A stretch of DNA of 62,733 nt, the filler included, from Blastocystis sp. subtype 4 (Eukaryota), in the NCBI RefSeq assembly GCF_000743755.1. It is 25 parts of 25 records of this genome, joined end to end, with 100 filler letters (N's around TTAATTAATTAA, not from the genome) between each part and the next. Parts side by side here need not be neighbours in the genome. Positions count along the whole stretch, not along the records: positions 43,483 to 45,616 come from NW_014568842.1; positions 45,717 to 47,836 come from NW_014568841.1; positions 47,937 to 50,036 come from NW_014568840.1; positions 50,137 to 52,235 come from NW_014568839.1; positions 52,336 to 54,441 come from NW_014568838.1; 20 more parts are not named here. One strand, given 5' to 3'. Below the pieces are notes generated by a model. The model saw only the letters and a list, made by a program, of their open reading frames with translations, was not told the origin of the DNA and ran no database searches. Below, one piece after another: positions 43,851 through 54,541 of this stretch. The position numbers and the translations under genes are program-made. Positions within the stretch are counted from its first letter, which is position 1. Every line of letters begins with the position of its first letter.

Positions 43851-44543
43851 ATGTCAAGTAAAATGATTGTTTGTAGTTGTTAGATTGTAGCATTTGCAAC
43901 CAGTCTATTGATGAGACAATTCAAAGGAATGTGAATTATGATGGTTTCATGGTGTAGAATTAACTGAAAATCCACCCTCTGGTATTTCTGTCGGACTAAA
44001 GAATGATTGTGACATGTTCACGTGGGAAGTCATTGTTGAAGGACCCCCTGGTTCGTATTAGTAGTGATTCATATAGTGCAATTATCTTACTAGTGAGGGA
44101 GGTCTTTTCCGAGCAGAACTGTCTTTTCCCTCCGATTTTCCAAATAATCCTCCAGGCATGAAGTTTTTATCTCCCATGTGGCATCCGAATAGTATGAACT
44201 GTTGTTTATGAATTTAGTATAGTATATAGTGATGGTACTGTATGTATCTCGATATTGCACAGCCCAGGAGTGGATCAGTTCAATGAATTTGTATTTAATT
44301 TGTGTATTTATCATTTGTAGGAGTCACGTGAAGAGCGTTGGAGGCCGATTCTTTCAGTCGAGGCCATTCTGATAAGTGTCCAGAATATGTTGTCAGAGCC
44401 AAATGAGAATTCACCTGCAAACATTGATGCAGCTGTAATTATGTGTGGGCTGAAGTGATCAATAGAAACAGTATCGAGAAGATCGGACCCAGTTCAAGAA
44501 ACGAGTAAGGAGAACAGTTCAAGATTCTCTTGAGTGTGTTTAG
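43851..44543 (+). CDS. Ubiquitin-conjugating enzyme E2 (Ubc7/UBE2G/Cdc34-like)
   Basis: [34 protein letters not shown] plus acidic insert, [17 protein letters not shown]. Confidence 0.92.
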
Positions 44544-44629
44544 ATTGTTTGTGAGAGACATGTGAATACACAGTTACTTCAAACTCTTATGATTCCAACA
44601 AACAATCACTGCTCTAACAATACACACAT

Positions 44630-45616
44630 TTAGAGTCTCTTAAGAACCATATCAGATGGGATATTCTCTCTGCTAATCACACCCTTGACATCATAGACAA
44701 GCTTCTGCTTGATATCAGGCTTGAACAAGGCATGGAGGTCACTCATGGTCATTTCAGCATATTGCTTATGAGCCACAGCCATCACAACAGCATCACAATC
44801 CTTCACATCCTTAATATCCACAAGATCAATTCCATAATACTTCTTGATCTCTTCAGGAGGAGCCAGAGGATCGCATGACACAACCTCAATCTCGTACTCC
44901 TTCAATTCCTTGATGATATCATGGACCTTGCTATTACGAGTATCAGGACAGTTCTCCTTGAAAGTGATACCCATCACACACACACGAGCACCCTTCACCA
45001 CAAGTCCACACTGTTTGTAGCAATCCAGGCACCCATAGAATCATTCAGAAGACGACCGTTCTGAATAATGGTGCTGGTGTATCCCAGATTCTGAGCACGG
45101 TAGGTCAGATAATAAGGATCCACTCCAATACAATGACCACCCACAAGACCAGGATGGAAGTGAAGGAAGTTCCACTTGGTTCCAGCAGCATCCAACACAA
45201 AGTTCCACTTGGTTCCAGCAGCATCCAACACATCGTTTGTATCGATACCCATCTTATCAAACATCATCGCCAACTCATTCATGAAAGCAATGTTGATATC
45301 ACGCTGAGAATTCTCAATCACCTTAGCAGCTTCAGCTACCTTGATAGAAGACGCACGGCACACACCAGGCTCAACGACCATTTCATACACCTTAGCAATT
45401 CTGTCCAGAGACTCTGCATCACAACCAGACACGATCTTCGTGATGGTACGGAAAGTATGGACCTTGTCACCTGGGTTGATTCTCTCAGGGGAGTAACCAA
45501 GCTTCCACTCCTCCATGTACTTCAAACCAGAGAACTTCTCAATAATAGGAATGCACAACTCCTCAGTAAGTCCAGGATAGACAGTAGACTCGAAAACAAC
45601 ATAGTCTCCCTTGCTA
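44630..45616 (-). CDS. UDP-N-acetylhexosamine 6-dehydrogenase (WbpO/TviB-like), intronless, 5' partial, frameshift at ~45000
   Basis: [60 protein letters not shown]. Confidence 0.9.
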
Positions 45617-45716
45617 NNNNNNNNNNNNNNNNNNNNNNNNNNNNNNNNNNNNNNNNNNNNTTAATTAATTAANNNNNNNNNNNNNNNNNNNNNNNNNNNN
45701 NNNNNNNNNNNNNNNN

Positions 45717-47836
45717 CAGGATAATGCTACTGCTCAGAAGGATTCTCGAGTGGCTCAGGATCATGTATTGAGTGCCTTGTTCAGTGACACAACGTTGAAG
45801 TCCTTGTTGGAGAGTGTAGGACTGACAAAGAAGAAACTGGATGATGCAATCAAGGAGAAGAGAGGAAATGCAAGTGCTTCGACAGATGCTCCAGAGGGAG
45901 CGTATGATGCTCTGAACCAGTATGGAGTGGATTTGGTGAAACAGGCAGAAGAGGGAAAGATTGATCCAGTGATTGGTCGTGATGAAGAGATTCGTCGTGT
46001 GATTCGTATTCTGTGTCGTCGAACTAAGAATAATCCAGTGTTGATTGGTGAACCTGGAGTTGGTAAAACTGCCATCGTGGAGGGTTTAGCGAATCGAATT
46101 GTCCAGGGAGATGTTCCTGAGACACTTCATGTTCGTTTGATCTCTCTGGATCTGGGTGCTTTGATTGCTGGAGCTAAGTATCGTGGTGAGTTCGAGGAGC
46201 GTCTGAAGGCTGTAATGAATGAGGTGAAGAACAGTGAAGGAAAGATTATTCTGTTCATTGATGAGATGCATCTATTGCTGGGAGCTGGAAAGACAGATGG
46301 AGCCATGGATGCAGCTAATCTGTTGAAACCCATGTTGTCACGTGGAGAACTTCGTGTTATCGGTGCAACAACACTGGAGGAGTATAAGAAGTATGTAGAG
46401 AAGGATGCTGCATTTGAGCGACGATTCCAACAGGTTTATGTGGGTGAACCTTCAGTGGAAGATACAGTGAGTATTCTACGAGGTCTGAAGGATCGATATG
46501 AGCGATTCCATGGTGTTCGTATTGATGATTCAGCTCTGGTTCTCGCAGCCAAACTATCGAATCGGTACATTCAAGATCGATTCCTTCCTGATAAGGCCAT
46601 TGATCTCGTGGATGAAGCTTGTGCAAACATCCGAATGCAACTAGATAGTCAACCAGAGGAGATTGATCGATTGGAGCGTAAACAGCTTCAGTTGGAGATT
46701 GAACAAACTGCTATGGAGAATGAGAAGGATGAAGCCAGTAAGGCTCGACTGGAGAAAGTGAAGGAGGAGCTTCAGGAAGTGAAAGAACAATTGAAGCCTC
46801 TGATGATGCGTCATGAGAAGGAGAAGGGAGTAGTGAATGAGTTACGTCGTCTGAAGAACAAGGTGGCTGAAACACAGAACAAGATTGAGGTAGCTAAGCG
46901 TAATCATGATACTGCTCGTGTGGCTGATCTTCAATACTATGCGTTACCTGAATTGGAAGAAGCAATAAAGCGACAAGAAGAGGAGATTGAAAAACAGAAG
47001 GATTCTCGAATGCTGAAGGAGGAAGTGACATCGAATGAAATCTGTCATGTGGTGAGCAATTGGACTGGTATTCCGATGGATCGATTGAATACTTCGGATC
47101 GAGAGCGTTTGATCCAATTGCCTGAACGTCTGAGTGAGAAGGTGGTGGGTCAGAATGAAGCTATTGAGGCTGTGAGTGATGCTATTCTGCGTTCACGTGC
47201 TGGTTTGGCTCGTCAGGGCAAACCAACTGGATGTTTCCTGTTCCTGGGTCCTACAGGTGTTGGTAAGACAGAGTTAGCAAAGAAACTGGCATTGGAGTTA
47301 TTCAATGATGAGAAACACATTGTACGAATTGATATGTCAGAGTACATGGAGAAGCATTCAGTATCTCGATTAGTGGGAGCTCCTCCTGGTTATGTGGGTT
47401 ATGAAGAAGGAGGTGAGTTGACTGAAGCTGTTCGTCGACGTCCTTATAATGTGATTCTATTGGATGAAGTGGAGAAAGCTCATCCAGATGTCTGGAATCT
47501 GTTCCTTCAAGTGTTTGATGATGGTCGATTGACTGACAAACAAGGTCGAACTGTGGATTTCTCAAACACTGTCATCATTATGACTTCCAATCTGGGAGCT
47601 GATATCCTTCTTGCAGATAGAGAGAAATCAATAAGTACTCGCAAGACTGGTAGTGGTGAGAAGCGCAGTCGATCACCTTCTATAGAAGAAAGTACTGTCA
47701 AGCGACGTTGTGGAAATGATCATGATTCGCTACCTTCTGTTTCAGATGAAGCGAAGAAACAAGTGATGCAGGTCATTCGTGAACACTTCCGACCTGAGTT
47801 TATTAATCGTTTGGATGAGATCATTATGTTCAATCC
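45717..47836 (+). CDS. clpB: ClpB/Hsp101 AAA+ disaggregase (partial at both ends)
   Basis: Two Walker A motifs ([16 protein letters not shown]), coiled-coil M domain, [24 protein letters not shown]. Confidence 0.97.
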
Positions 47837-47935
47837 NNNNNNNNNNNNNNNNNNNNNNNNNNNNNNNNNNNNNNNNNNNNTTAATTAATTAANNNNNNNN
47901 NNNNNNNNNNNNNNNNNNNNNNNNNNNNNNNNNNN

Positions 47936-48478
47936 NTAGTCGGCTTGCCAGTTTTCGAGCCTTCTTGCTCATCTTCTTAGGTTGTTCTAGCTCACCTGCG
48001 TTCATTAGACTCTCCTACAATTCAAATCTCAGAACCTCTTCTACAGCAGTTTCCTCTTGTTTTACATCCTGATTTACCGCATTTGAACTCGCTTGAATTC
48101 CATTGGCAGTTCGGAATGTCTATTCCTCATCCGAGTCAATATTGTTACCTCTTCGGATTTTGCTTCAGCAATTGCAGCAAAATTCTTGAATACATCTTGA
48201 AGCTCAACATATTGATCCTTCACCTTTTCAAACTCCGAATCATACATTAGCTCTGTTGATTCCTCTTCAACGGGCTTATCTTCCTTTTCTTTCTCCTTGA
48301 TTACCTACACATGAGAATCATCACATCGAATTGAACCTTTTCAACAACCTCCTTCTTCAAAACCGGATTCTCCTTCTTCAGTTCCTTCTTTCGTTGTCGT
48401 CGCTTCTGATTCTTTGATAATCGTTTCTACCACGTCAATCTGAATTCCACTTCCATCTACTTTCGAATCCACAACCAT
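47936..48478 (-). CDS. SF3B2: Splicing factor SF3B2/Cus1-like N-terminus (3' partial)
   Basis: KNQKRRQRKK...LQDVFKNF...KKMSKKARKLASRL resembles the region preceding the SF3B2 DUF382 domain. Confidence 0.55.
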
Positions 48479-48499
48479 GAGAGAAACAACGAAAAGAAA

Positions 48500-48553
48500 T
48501 GAGAACAAACAAGCTTTCCCTCAGGAATCACTGATCCCCGTATCCACCGTCTC
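48500..48553 (+). promoter_or_regulatory. Duplicated ~55-bp palindromic element, copy 1 (upstream of BUD23)
   Basis: TGAGAACAAACAAGCT..CCTCAGGAATCACTGAT.CCCGT is shared with 49611-49664. Confidence 0.45.
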
Positions 48554-48592
48554 TTCCTCAAATACCAAAACTATCCAGTATTTGAAAAAGAA

Positions 48593-49591
48593 ATGAGTAG
48601 GCCAGAAAAAGAAGGACCTGCTGATGTGCCTGATATAATGAATTGATCATGTGTAGTTGTATTACAATGAGAAAGAAGCGGCTAAATATGCAAATAATAG
48701 TCGTATCCGTTTGATTCAAGCACAACTTGCCGATCGTGCTATTGATTTGCTTGCACTTCCTAACGACCAGTCTTGTCTCCTTCTTGATATTGGATGTGGA
48801 AGTGGTTTGAGTGGAGAGTGCATTTCCAATCGTGGTCATCATTGGATTGGTTGTGACATTAGTCCTTCTATGTTAAACATTGCTGTTCAGGTACTCAAAG
48901 CTCCGCATTTCTTATGTAGAATGATGTTGAAGGAGATGTAATGCTTCATGATATGGGACAAGGCTTGCCTTTCCGTACCGGAATGTTTGATGGAGCAATC
49001 AGCATTTCTGCAGTGCAGTGGTTATGCTACTCCAACTCAAAGGGAGAGAATCCAATGTAGGATGCATAGTGTTGCTTCTAACATAGCCGTCGTTTAAATG
49101 CTTTCTTCATGACTCTGTTTAATTCCCTGAGATCAGGAGCAAAGTAGTCATGGTTTGTTGAGTTGATGCCAAGAGCCGTTATTCAATTGTATCCAGAGAC
49201 TCCAGAGCAAATGGAACTAATCTCCAAGTCAGCAATGAAGTGTGGCTTTGTGGGTGGTCTTGTTGTTGATTTCCCTAACAGGTGAAAGAAACTTGTGGCT
49301 CTCATGACTAGTGCCAAGGCAAAGAAGATGTACTTGGTACTGAAGGCTGGAAATGATCCCAATTTTGCTGTTCCTAAGGGTTTGACTGATGAAATGGAAG
49401 CATCTTCTGGAAACGATGTACGCTTTACTGCACGAGAGAAAGCCTTGAATCGACGCAGGAGAGGTCGTGAATTTGCACCTGTGAAAAGCAAGGAGTGGAT
49501 CATGAAGAAGAAGGAACGACAACAAGCTGAAGGAAAAAAGACAGCCAGAGACAGCAAGTATACTGGAAGACGGAGACCTATGCCCTTTTAG
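48593..49591 (+). CDS. BUD23: 18S rRNA m7G methyltransferase Bud23/WBSCR22
   Basis: [52 protein letters not shown]. Confidence 0.95.
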
Positions 49592-49610
49592 TTGTGTGTC
49601 TGTTTCTTAC

Positions 49611-49664
49611 TGAGAACAAACAAGCTCTTCCTCAGGAATCACTGATTCCCGTGTTCATCGCTTC
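49611..49664 (+). promoter_or_regulatory. Duplicated ~55-bp palindromic element, copy 2 (upstream of BRX1)
   Basis: Contains the perfect palindrome GGAATCA-C-TGATTCC; matches 48500-48553. Confidence 0.45.
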
Positions 49665-49688
49665 ATTTGTTGATTGTCAAAGAATCGG

Positions 49689-50036
49689 ATGGAGAAGAAA
49701 TCAAAAGTAAATAAAAAGGTTCCCATGAAGAACAAATCTGGGAAGGGAATTCCAGAAGAGAAGAAGGAAAAAGTATGAAAAGGAGAGGAAAACGGTAACG
49801 AGTAGGTGAAATACACAAATAAGCAACGTTGCTTAGTTCTTGCATCCCGGGGAATCAGTTACCGAACAAGACATCTCATGAAGGATTTGGAAGCTTTGAT
49901 GCCTCAATATAAGAAGGATGTGAAGGTAGGGATGTTTTTGAATGGGTAATAATATCATTTTAGCTTGATGTAAAGAAGAGTTTGGAAGCCATTACAGAGA
50001 TTGCCGAATTGAAGTCTTGTACATACTCCATTTTCT
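49689..50036 (+). CDS. BRX1: Ribosome biogenesis protein Brx1 (3' partial)
   Basis: KYTNKQRCLVLASRGISYRTRHLMKDL..LMP. Confidence 0.9.
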
Positions 50037-50729
50037 NNNNNNNNNNNNNNNNNNNNNNNNNNNNNNNNNNNNNNNNNNNNTTAATTAATTAANNNNNNNN
50101 NNNNNNNNNNNNNNNNNNNNNNNNNNNNNNNNNNNNTATCAATGATGTGAGGTAGAGTATAGTATCGTTTATCAAACATGATTGATTCACATTTGATATT
50201 GAAGAGAGTATTGAATTGATTGATGTTTGTAACGAGTGCATTTGAAGAGGTGTGAAGTACTTTGATGTATGTAATGAAATGATTATTGAATCGATAAGGA
50301 TTGTTCCAAATGAATGATCTATTAGATGTTTTGTCTTGAATGATTATTGATTAATACATCTTAATGAATGAAGAATGAACACTGAAGATTGATTACATAT
50401 CCTCTGTTCTTAATCATCTGCCAATTTGTCTCAAAACTGTATCAGTCTGCAGAAGGTGGCAGTATAGTATTATTGCTATTATGAGACTATTGACCAGAAA
50501 TGGAAATAACTGTAGAATGACACCAAGTAGTGTATCAATTATGAGTCTTATAGTGACATATATGGACTTGATAATGATATTGGTTGTGTCAATACTCTTC
50601 TACTTAACCCTTTATCCTTATGCAACAAACAATTGCATATATGTCTGTTCCATTCTAGTTATTGTTTCCTACTTCCATTGTAGTGTCACATTCCTCTGTA
50701 AGATAAATTGTTTAAAAGAATCAGCATCT

Positions 50730-52235
50730 TCATCATTAGCAATCAATCAATCCTACTCGAGCTATGTAGTTCTCTCACTTTACTGAATACACTTGCATTC
50801 ATCCAAATATGATCTTCAGTAAGTGATGGAATATCTAATTCAAATTCAATTATCAATCATCACTCTCTAATATCACTATGCCTATCCAAAGTAAATTGTG
50901 ATCATCTCCTTTGAATGAAGATAGAGAAGGGAGATCTGATCAATCAACCATCTTTATCATTCATACTCTTCATTATCAATTCATTTGATTTAGTAGTACA
51001 ACCATCACCACATAGAGCTCCATATTCAAGAGTGATTGATTGAAGTTGATTCAGATCTAATTCATCATTCATTCAATCATTCATACTCTCAAATACTATT
51101 GAATGACAATAATGCACCACATCCAATTTCAAGAGCGATGAGAGCAGGAAGATTAGAAAGATTAAATGATTCCTCTTTCATTCCCACTGCTCCTTGAATA
51201 ACAATCGATTCAACATCACTCCATATCTCTTTCATTTGATCAATTCTTGATATCCAGAATGCTGATGGATGGAGAGATAACAAGTGTTCAGATGGAGTAA
51301 TATGACTATTCTTAGTGATGTAGTATTCCAGAGAATCGGCATCTTAATCATTAGCAATCAATCAATCCTACTCGAACTATTCAATGCTTTCACATTTATT
51401 AATGTATGTCCTCTCATCTGAATATGATCTTCAGTAAGTGATGGAATGTCTAATTCGTATACATCATCAATCATACTATCCAATATCACTTTGTGTATAT
51501 CACAGAAACTGTCAATTCCTTTGAATGAAGATAGGGAAGGGAGATCTGATCAATCAACCATCTTTATCATTCATACTCTTCATGATCAATTCATTTGATT
51601 CTTTGGTCTCACAATCACCATATAGAGCTCCATATTCAAGAGTGATTGATTGAAGTTGATTCAGATCTAATTCATCATTCATTCAATCATTCATACTCTC
51701 AAATACTATTGAATGACAATATGCATAACGATCTAACTGAATAGATGTGAGAGAAGGGAGATCCTTCAATTCTAACGATTCATAACACTGGAATGAACCA
51801 GGTCCAATGTGTATTTCTCTCAACTGATCACAATTCATTATCAAACATTTGCTTCCCCTTCTTGTCTCCTTGCTGATAATTTGCAACCATGCATATTGAT
51901 CCAAATGAATAGATGTAAGAGAAGGAAGATTCTTCAATTCAAATGATTCATGCGATAGGAATGAATAATATCCAATGTTGATTTGTTTCAATTGATCACA
52001 ATTCATTATTACACATTTGCTTCCTTCTCTAGTCTTCTCATCAAGAAAGAAACTGTTCTGTTTAATTATCAAACTCTCCAATTCATTCAATCCATCAATC
52101 ACAAATCGACTCACATTCTTAAAACAACCCTTTCCAATGTCAATTCGTTTCAATGATATCAATGAATAGTTCAATATCAATGATGATATATCAGGATTGA
52201 AATGATCATCAATAATCAGAGATTCAACACAACTA
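50730..52235 (-). CDS. Tandem LRR surface-family gene fragments
   Basis: ELKNLPSLTSI.L repeats; a ~380-bp 3' block is duplicated (~50730-51110 and ~51340-51720) with the same introns. Confidence 0.6.
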
Positions 52236-53100
52236 NNNNNNNNNNNNNNNNNNNNNNNNNNNNNNNNNNNNNNNNNNNNTTAATTAATTAANNNNNNNNN
52301 NNNNNNNNNNNNNNNNNNNNNNNNNNNNNNNNNNNAGATATCAATGAGATGAGGTTCATTCTTCAAATCAGAGAGAGTCATCAAGTAACTCGTTGGATCT
52401 TTGCATGAGAATCTTGGAGGTAATGAAGTGAAACTCACTACAGGATAGACTGATCTCTTTTCAACTCCTGCATATTAATAGAAGGTCTAGAATAATGAAA
52501 AGACAGAGATAGGATTACAATACATAATACAAGAATTAGAATCAACTTCATGAAACAATCTGTCACAATAAACAATACTATTTTGGACACCTAATCATGC
52601 TATGTTTCTTTCTCATTATTATCAATAATGAGTATAGAATAAGTACAATCCATTTTGATTGCACTAATTGATTTCCTGTTGATATCATCATATTCGATAA
52701 CACTGATATGATTTGTTTACTGTTTTTGGAACTTCAATGTTCATTCTATTTTCAATCATTACAAATCAGACTCTGTTTCAACAATTTTGTATTAACAAAT
52801 CGCGATAATGAATGACTAATTCCGTTGACATCGATTACAAGGACTATTCTTCATTGACACTGTACACTAGAAATCAGTAAATGCTGAGAGATGAATGCAG
52901 CATTTGAAAGAATAATACTGATATTCTACAAAATACATTGAAATCAATCTTTATTCTCTATCAAAACATAGTCCAAGGTGAAGGATTTAGTACATTAGTT
53001 TTGCTATAGAATCTTGAACAATAATCTGATCCCCTATAGTGAAAAGATCACTTTATCATCAACTATCTTGTAATTCACTATCTGAACAACTTTCATTAAA

Positions 53101-53775
53101 TCATTCACTCTCAATTGGATAGTTGATGTAGATGTCTGAAGAGATTGATACTACTTCATCATCACCATCACGCACATCAAACTGAACCGAATGCAAATCA
53201 CTCATACGAACTCCTGGCATGTTCAAATGACTAAACAAACACACATTGTTCAATCCCATTGTTGAATAGATCATACAATCCACTAATGGACTTGATTCAA
53301 ATGATATCATCTGTTTTACCAGATTACTGTAGATTCGAATACAATTCAATCCATTTGATACATCCACTGGTTCTCTTCCTTTCACACCACTTGCCTGAAT
53401 TTCATCAAATCCCAATATTCGACTCAAATCAGCTGCTTGTTGAAATACTAGATCATAAGCAGGACCAGAAGGATGTGGATATCCATCTTCTGTGAATGTG
53501 AGATATGAACCAAACATCTCTTCTAATGATTCTTGATCATAGTATCCTGCTTCAACAACGATATTCTTTGGTCCTGAATCATTTCGAGCTACTACTGTAT
53601 TGGTTGTCTTCACATTGTACAAAGATGTAGTATCAATCTTCACTACAACACTATTGATAGTCAAATCAATATCATCTGGAAATGATTTCTTATCTATATC
53701 AATCACTGCATGAGATTCACCAGCTGGTATAACAGCACTTATCACTAATTGACTCAATGGCAGACTATTGTTCAT
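53101..53775 (-). CDS. Putative minor capsid protein (penton) of a Polinton/Maverick-like virus
   Basis: Intronless 224-aa beta-rich ORF with the pattern I.V..G.Y...L / LSRILGF / D....IRIYSNLV / PL / L.SVQFDVRD..EVV.....I, recalled as typical of Polinton-type pentons; multicopy. Confidence 0.65.
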   Translation of the reverse strand: MNNSLPLSQLVISAVIPAGESHAVIDIDKKSFPDDIDLTINSVVVKIDTTSLYNVKTTNTVVARNDSGPKNIVVEAGYYDQESLEEMFGSYLTFTEDGYPHPSGPAYDLVFQQAADLSRILGFDEIQASGVKGREPVDVSNGLNCIRIYSNLVKQMISFESSPLVDCMIYSTMGLNNVCLFSHLNMPGVRMSDLHSVQFDVRDGDDEVVSISSDIYINYPIESE

Positions 53776-53850
53776 TTACTTTGATTAACAAAAACTCAAA
53801 AACTCTGTTCTTTCACTTTGTTATAGCAAGATATTGATTCATTATTTGTT

Positions 53851-54056
53851 GGAGTAGTTTTGGAGTAGGTTCAAAAATACAACCTACTCCACATTTTCAT
53901 TCAAAAAGGCTCATTAAATGGCTTGTTTATAGGGATTAATTCATTTTGGAGTAGGAGGAGTAGGAAGAGTAGGTTGAAAATTCAATTAGACAAAAAGTTT
54001 TGGTAGAAATTCTTGTTAAGAAATAGAAATCCAACCTACTCCACCTACTCCACCTA
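53851..54056. repeat. Array of direct and inverted GGAGTAGG/CCTACTCC repeats
   Basis: TGGAGTAGGTT(53861-71)/AACCTACTCCA(53881-91); triple GAGTAGG at 53947-53976 mirrored by CCTACTCC x2 plus a truncated ACCTA at 54032-54056. Confidence 0.8.
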
Positions 54057-54441
54057 AGTAGTAGTGTTTTGACGCATGTTACGTATTTTTTAGAAGCAGA
54101 CAAACCGTCGCAAACATGGGCCTCCAACCCTGGGTAGCTATACAGGGTTAACCCTACCAGACAAAATCGCCAGTAAAATGCAGACAAAAAGGCCCATAAA
54201 GAAGCTCGAAAAGGCAGACATTTTGATAATAATTTGGAAACATATCCAACCCATTTCAAGTCAAATAAGTCCTATGGACTCGTTCAAACAAAGTTTGAAT
54301 GGGCAACAATGAAGCACAAAATCTTTGTTCTTTGTTTTATCACAATGAAAGATTTTGAGATTAATAAACAGTATGAGATTTCCTAATCATATGATTCAAC
54401 GATACATTTCAGAAATGATAAGTCACCTATTCACAAACTAT
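54057..54441 (+). mobile_element. Putative terminal inverted repeat of a Polinton/Maverick-like element, begins AGTAGTAGT
   Basis: Matches 21173-21505 (reverse complement) with an abrupt shared boundary at (AGT)3. Confidence 0.7.
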
Positions 54442-54541
54442 NNNNNNNNNNNNNNNNNNNNNNNNNNNNNNNNNNNNNNNNNNNNTTAATTAATTAANNN
54501 NNNNNNNNNNNNNNNNNNNNNNNNNNNNNNNNNNNNNNNNN

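Noticed and set aside
45167..45231. 33-nt tandem duplication ([11 protein letters not shown] twice) and the nearby frameshift in the dehydrogenase as programmed recoding
   Set aside because: An essentially exact duplication and a small deletion in a fragmentary draft are more simply assembly errors; no slippery site is evident.
47602..47610. ATATCCTTC in ClpB as a U12 donor
   Set aside because: It lies within an uninterrupted conserved reading frame (GADILL).
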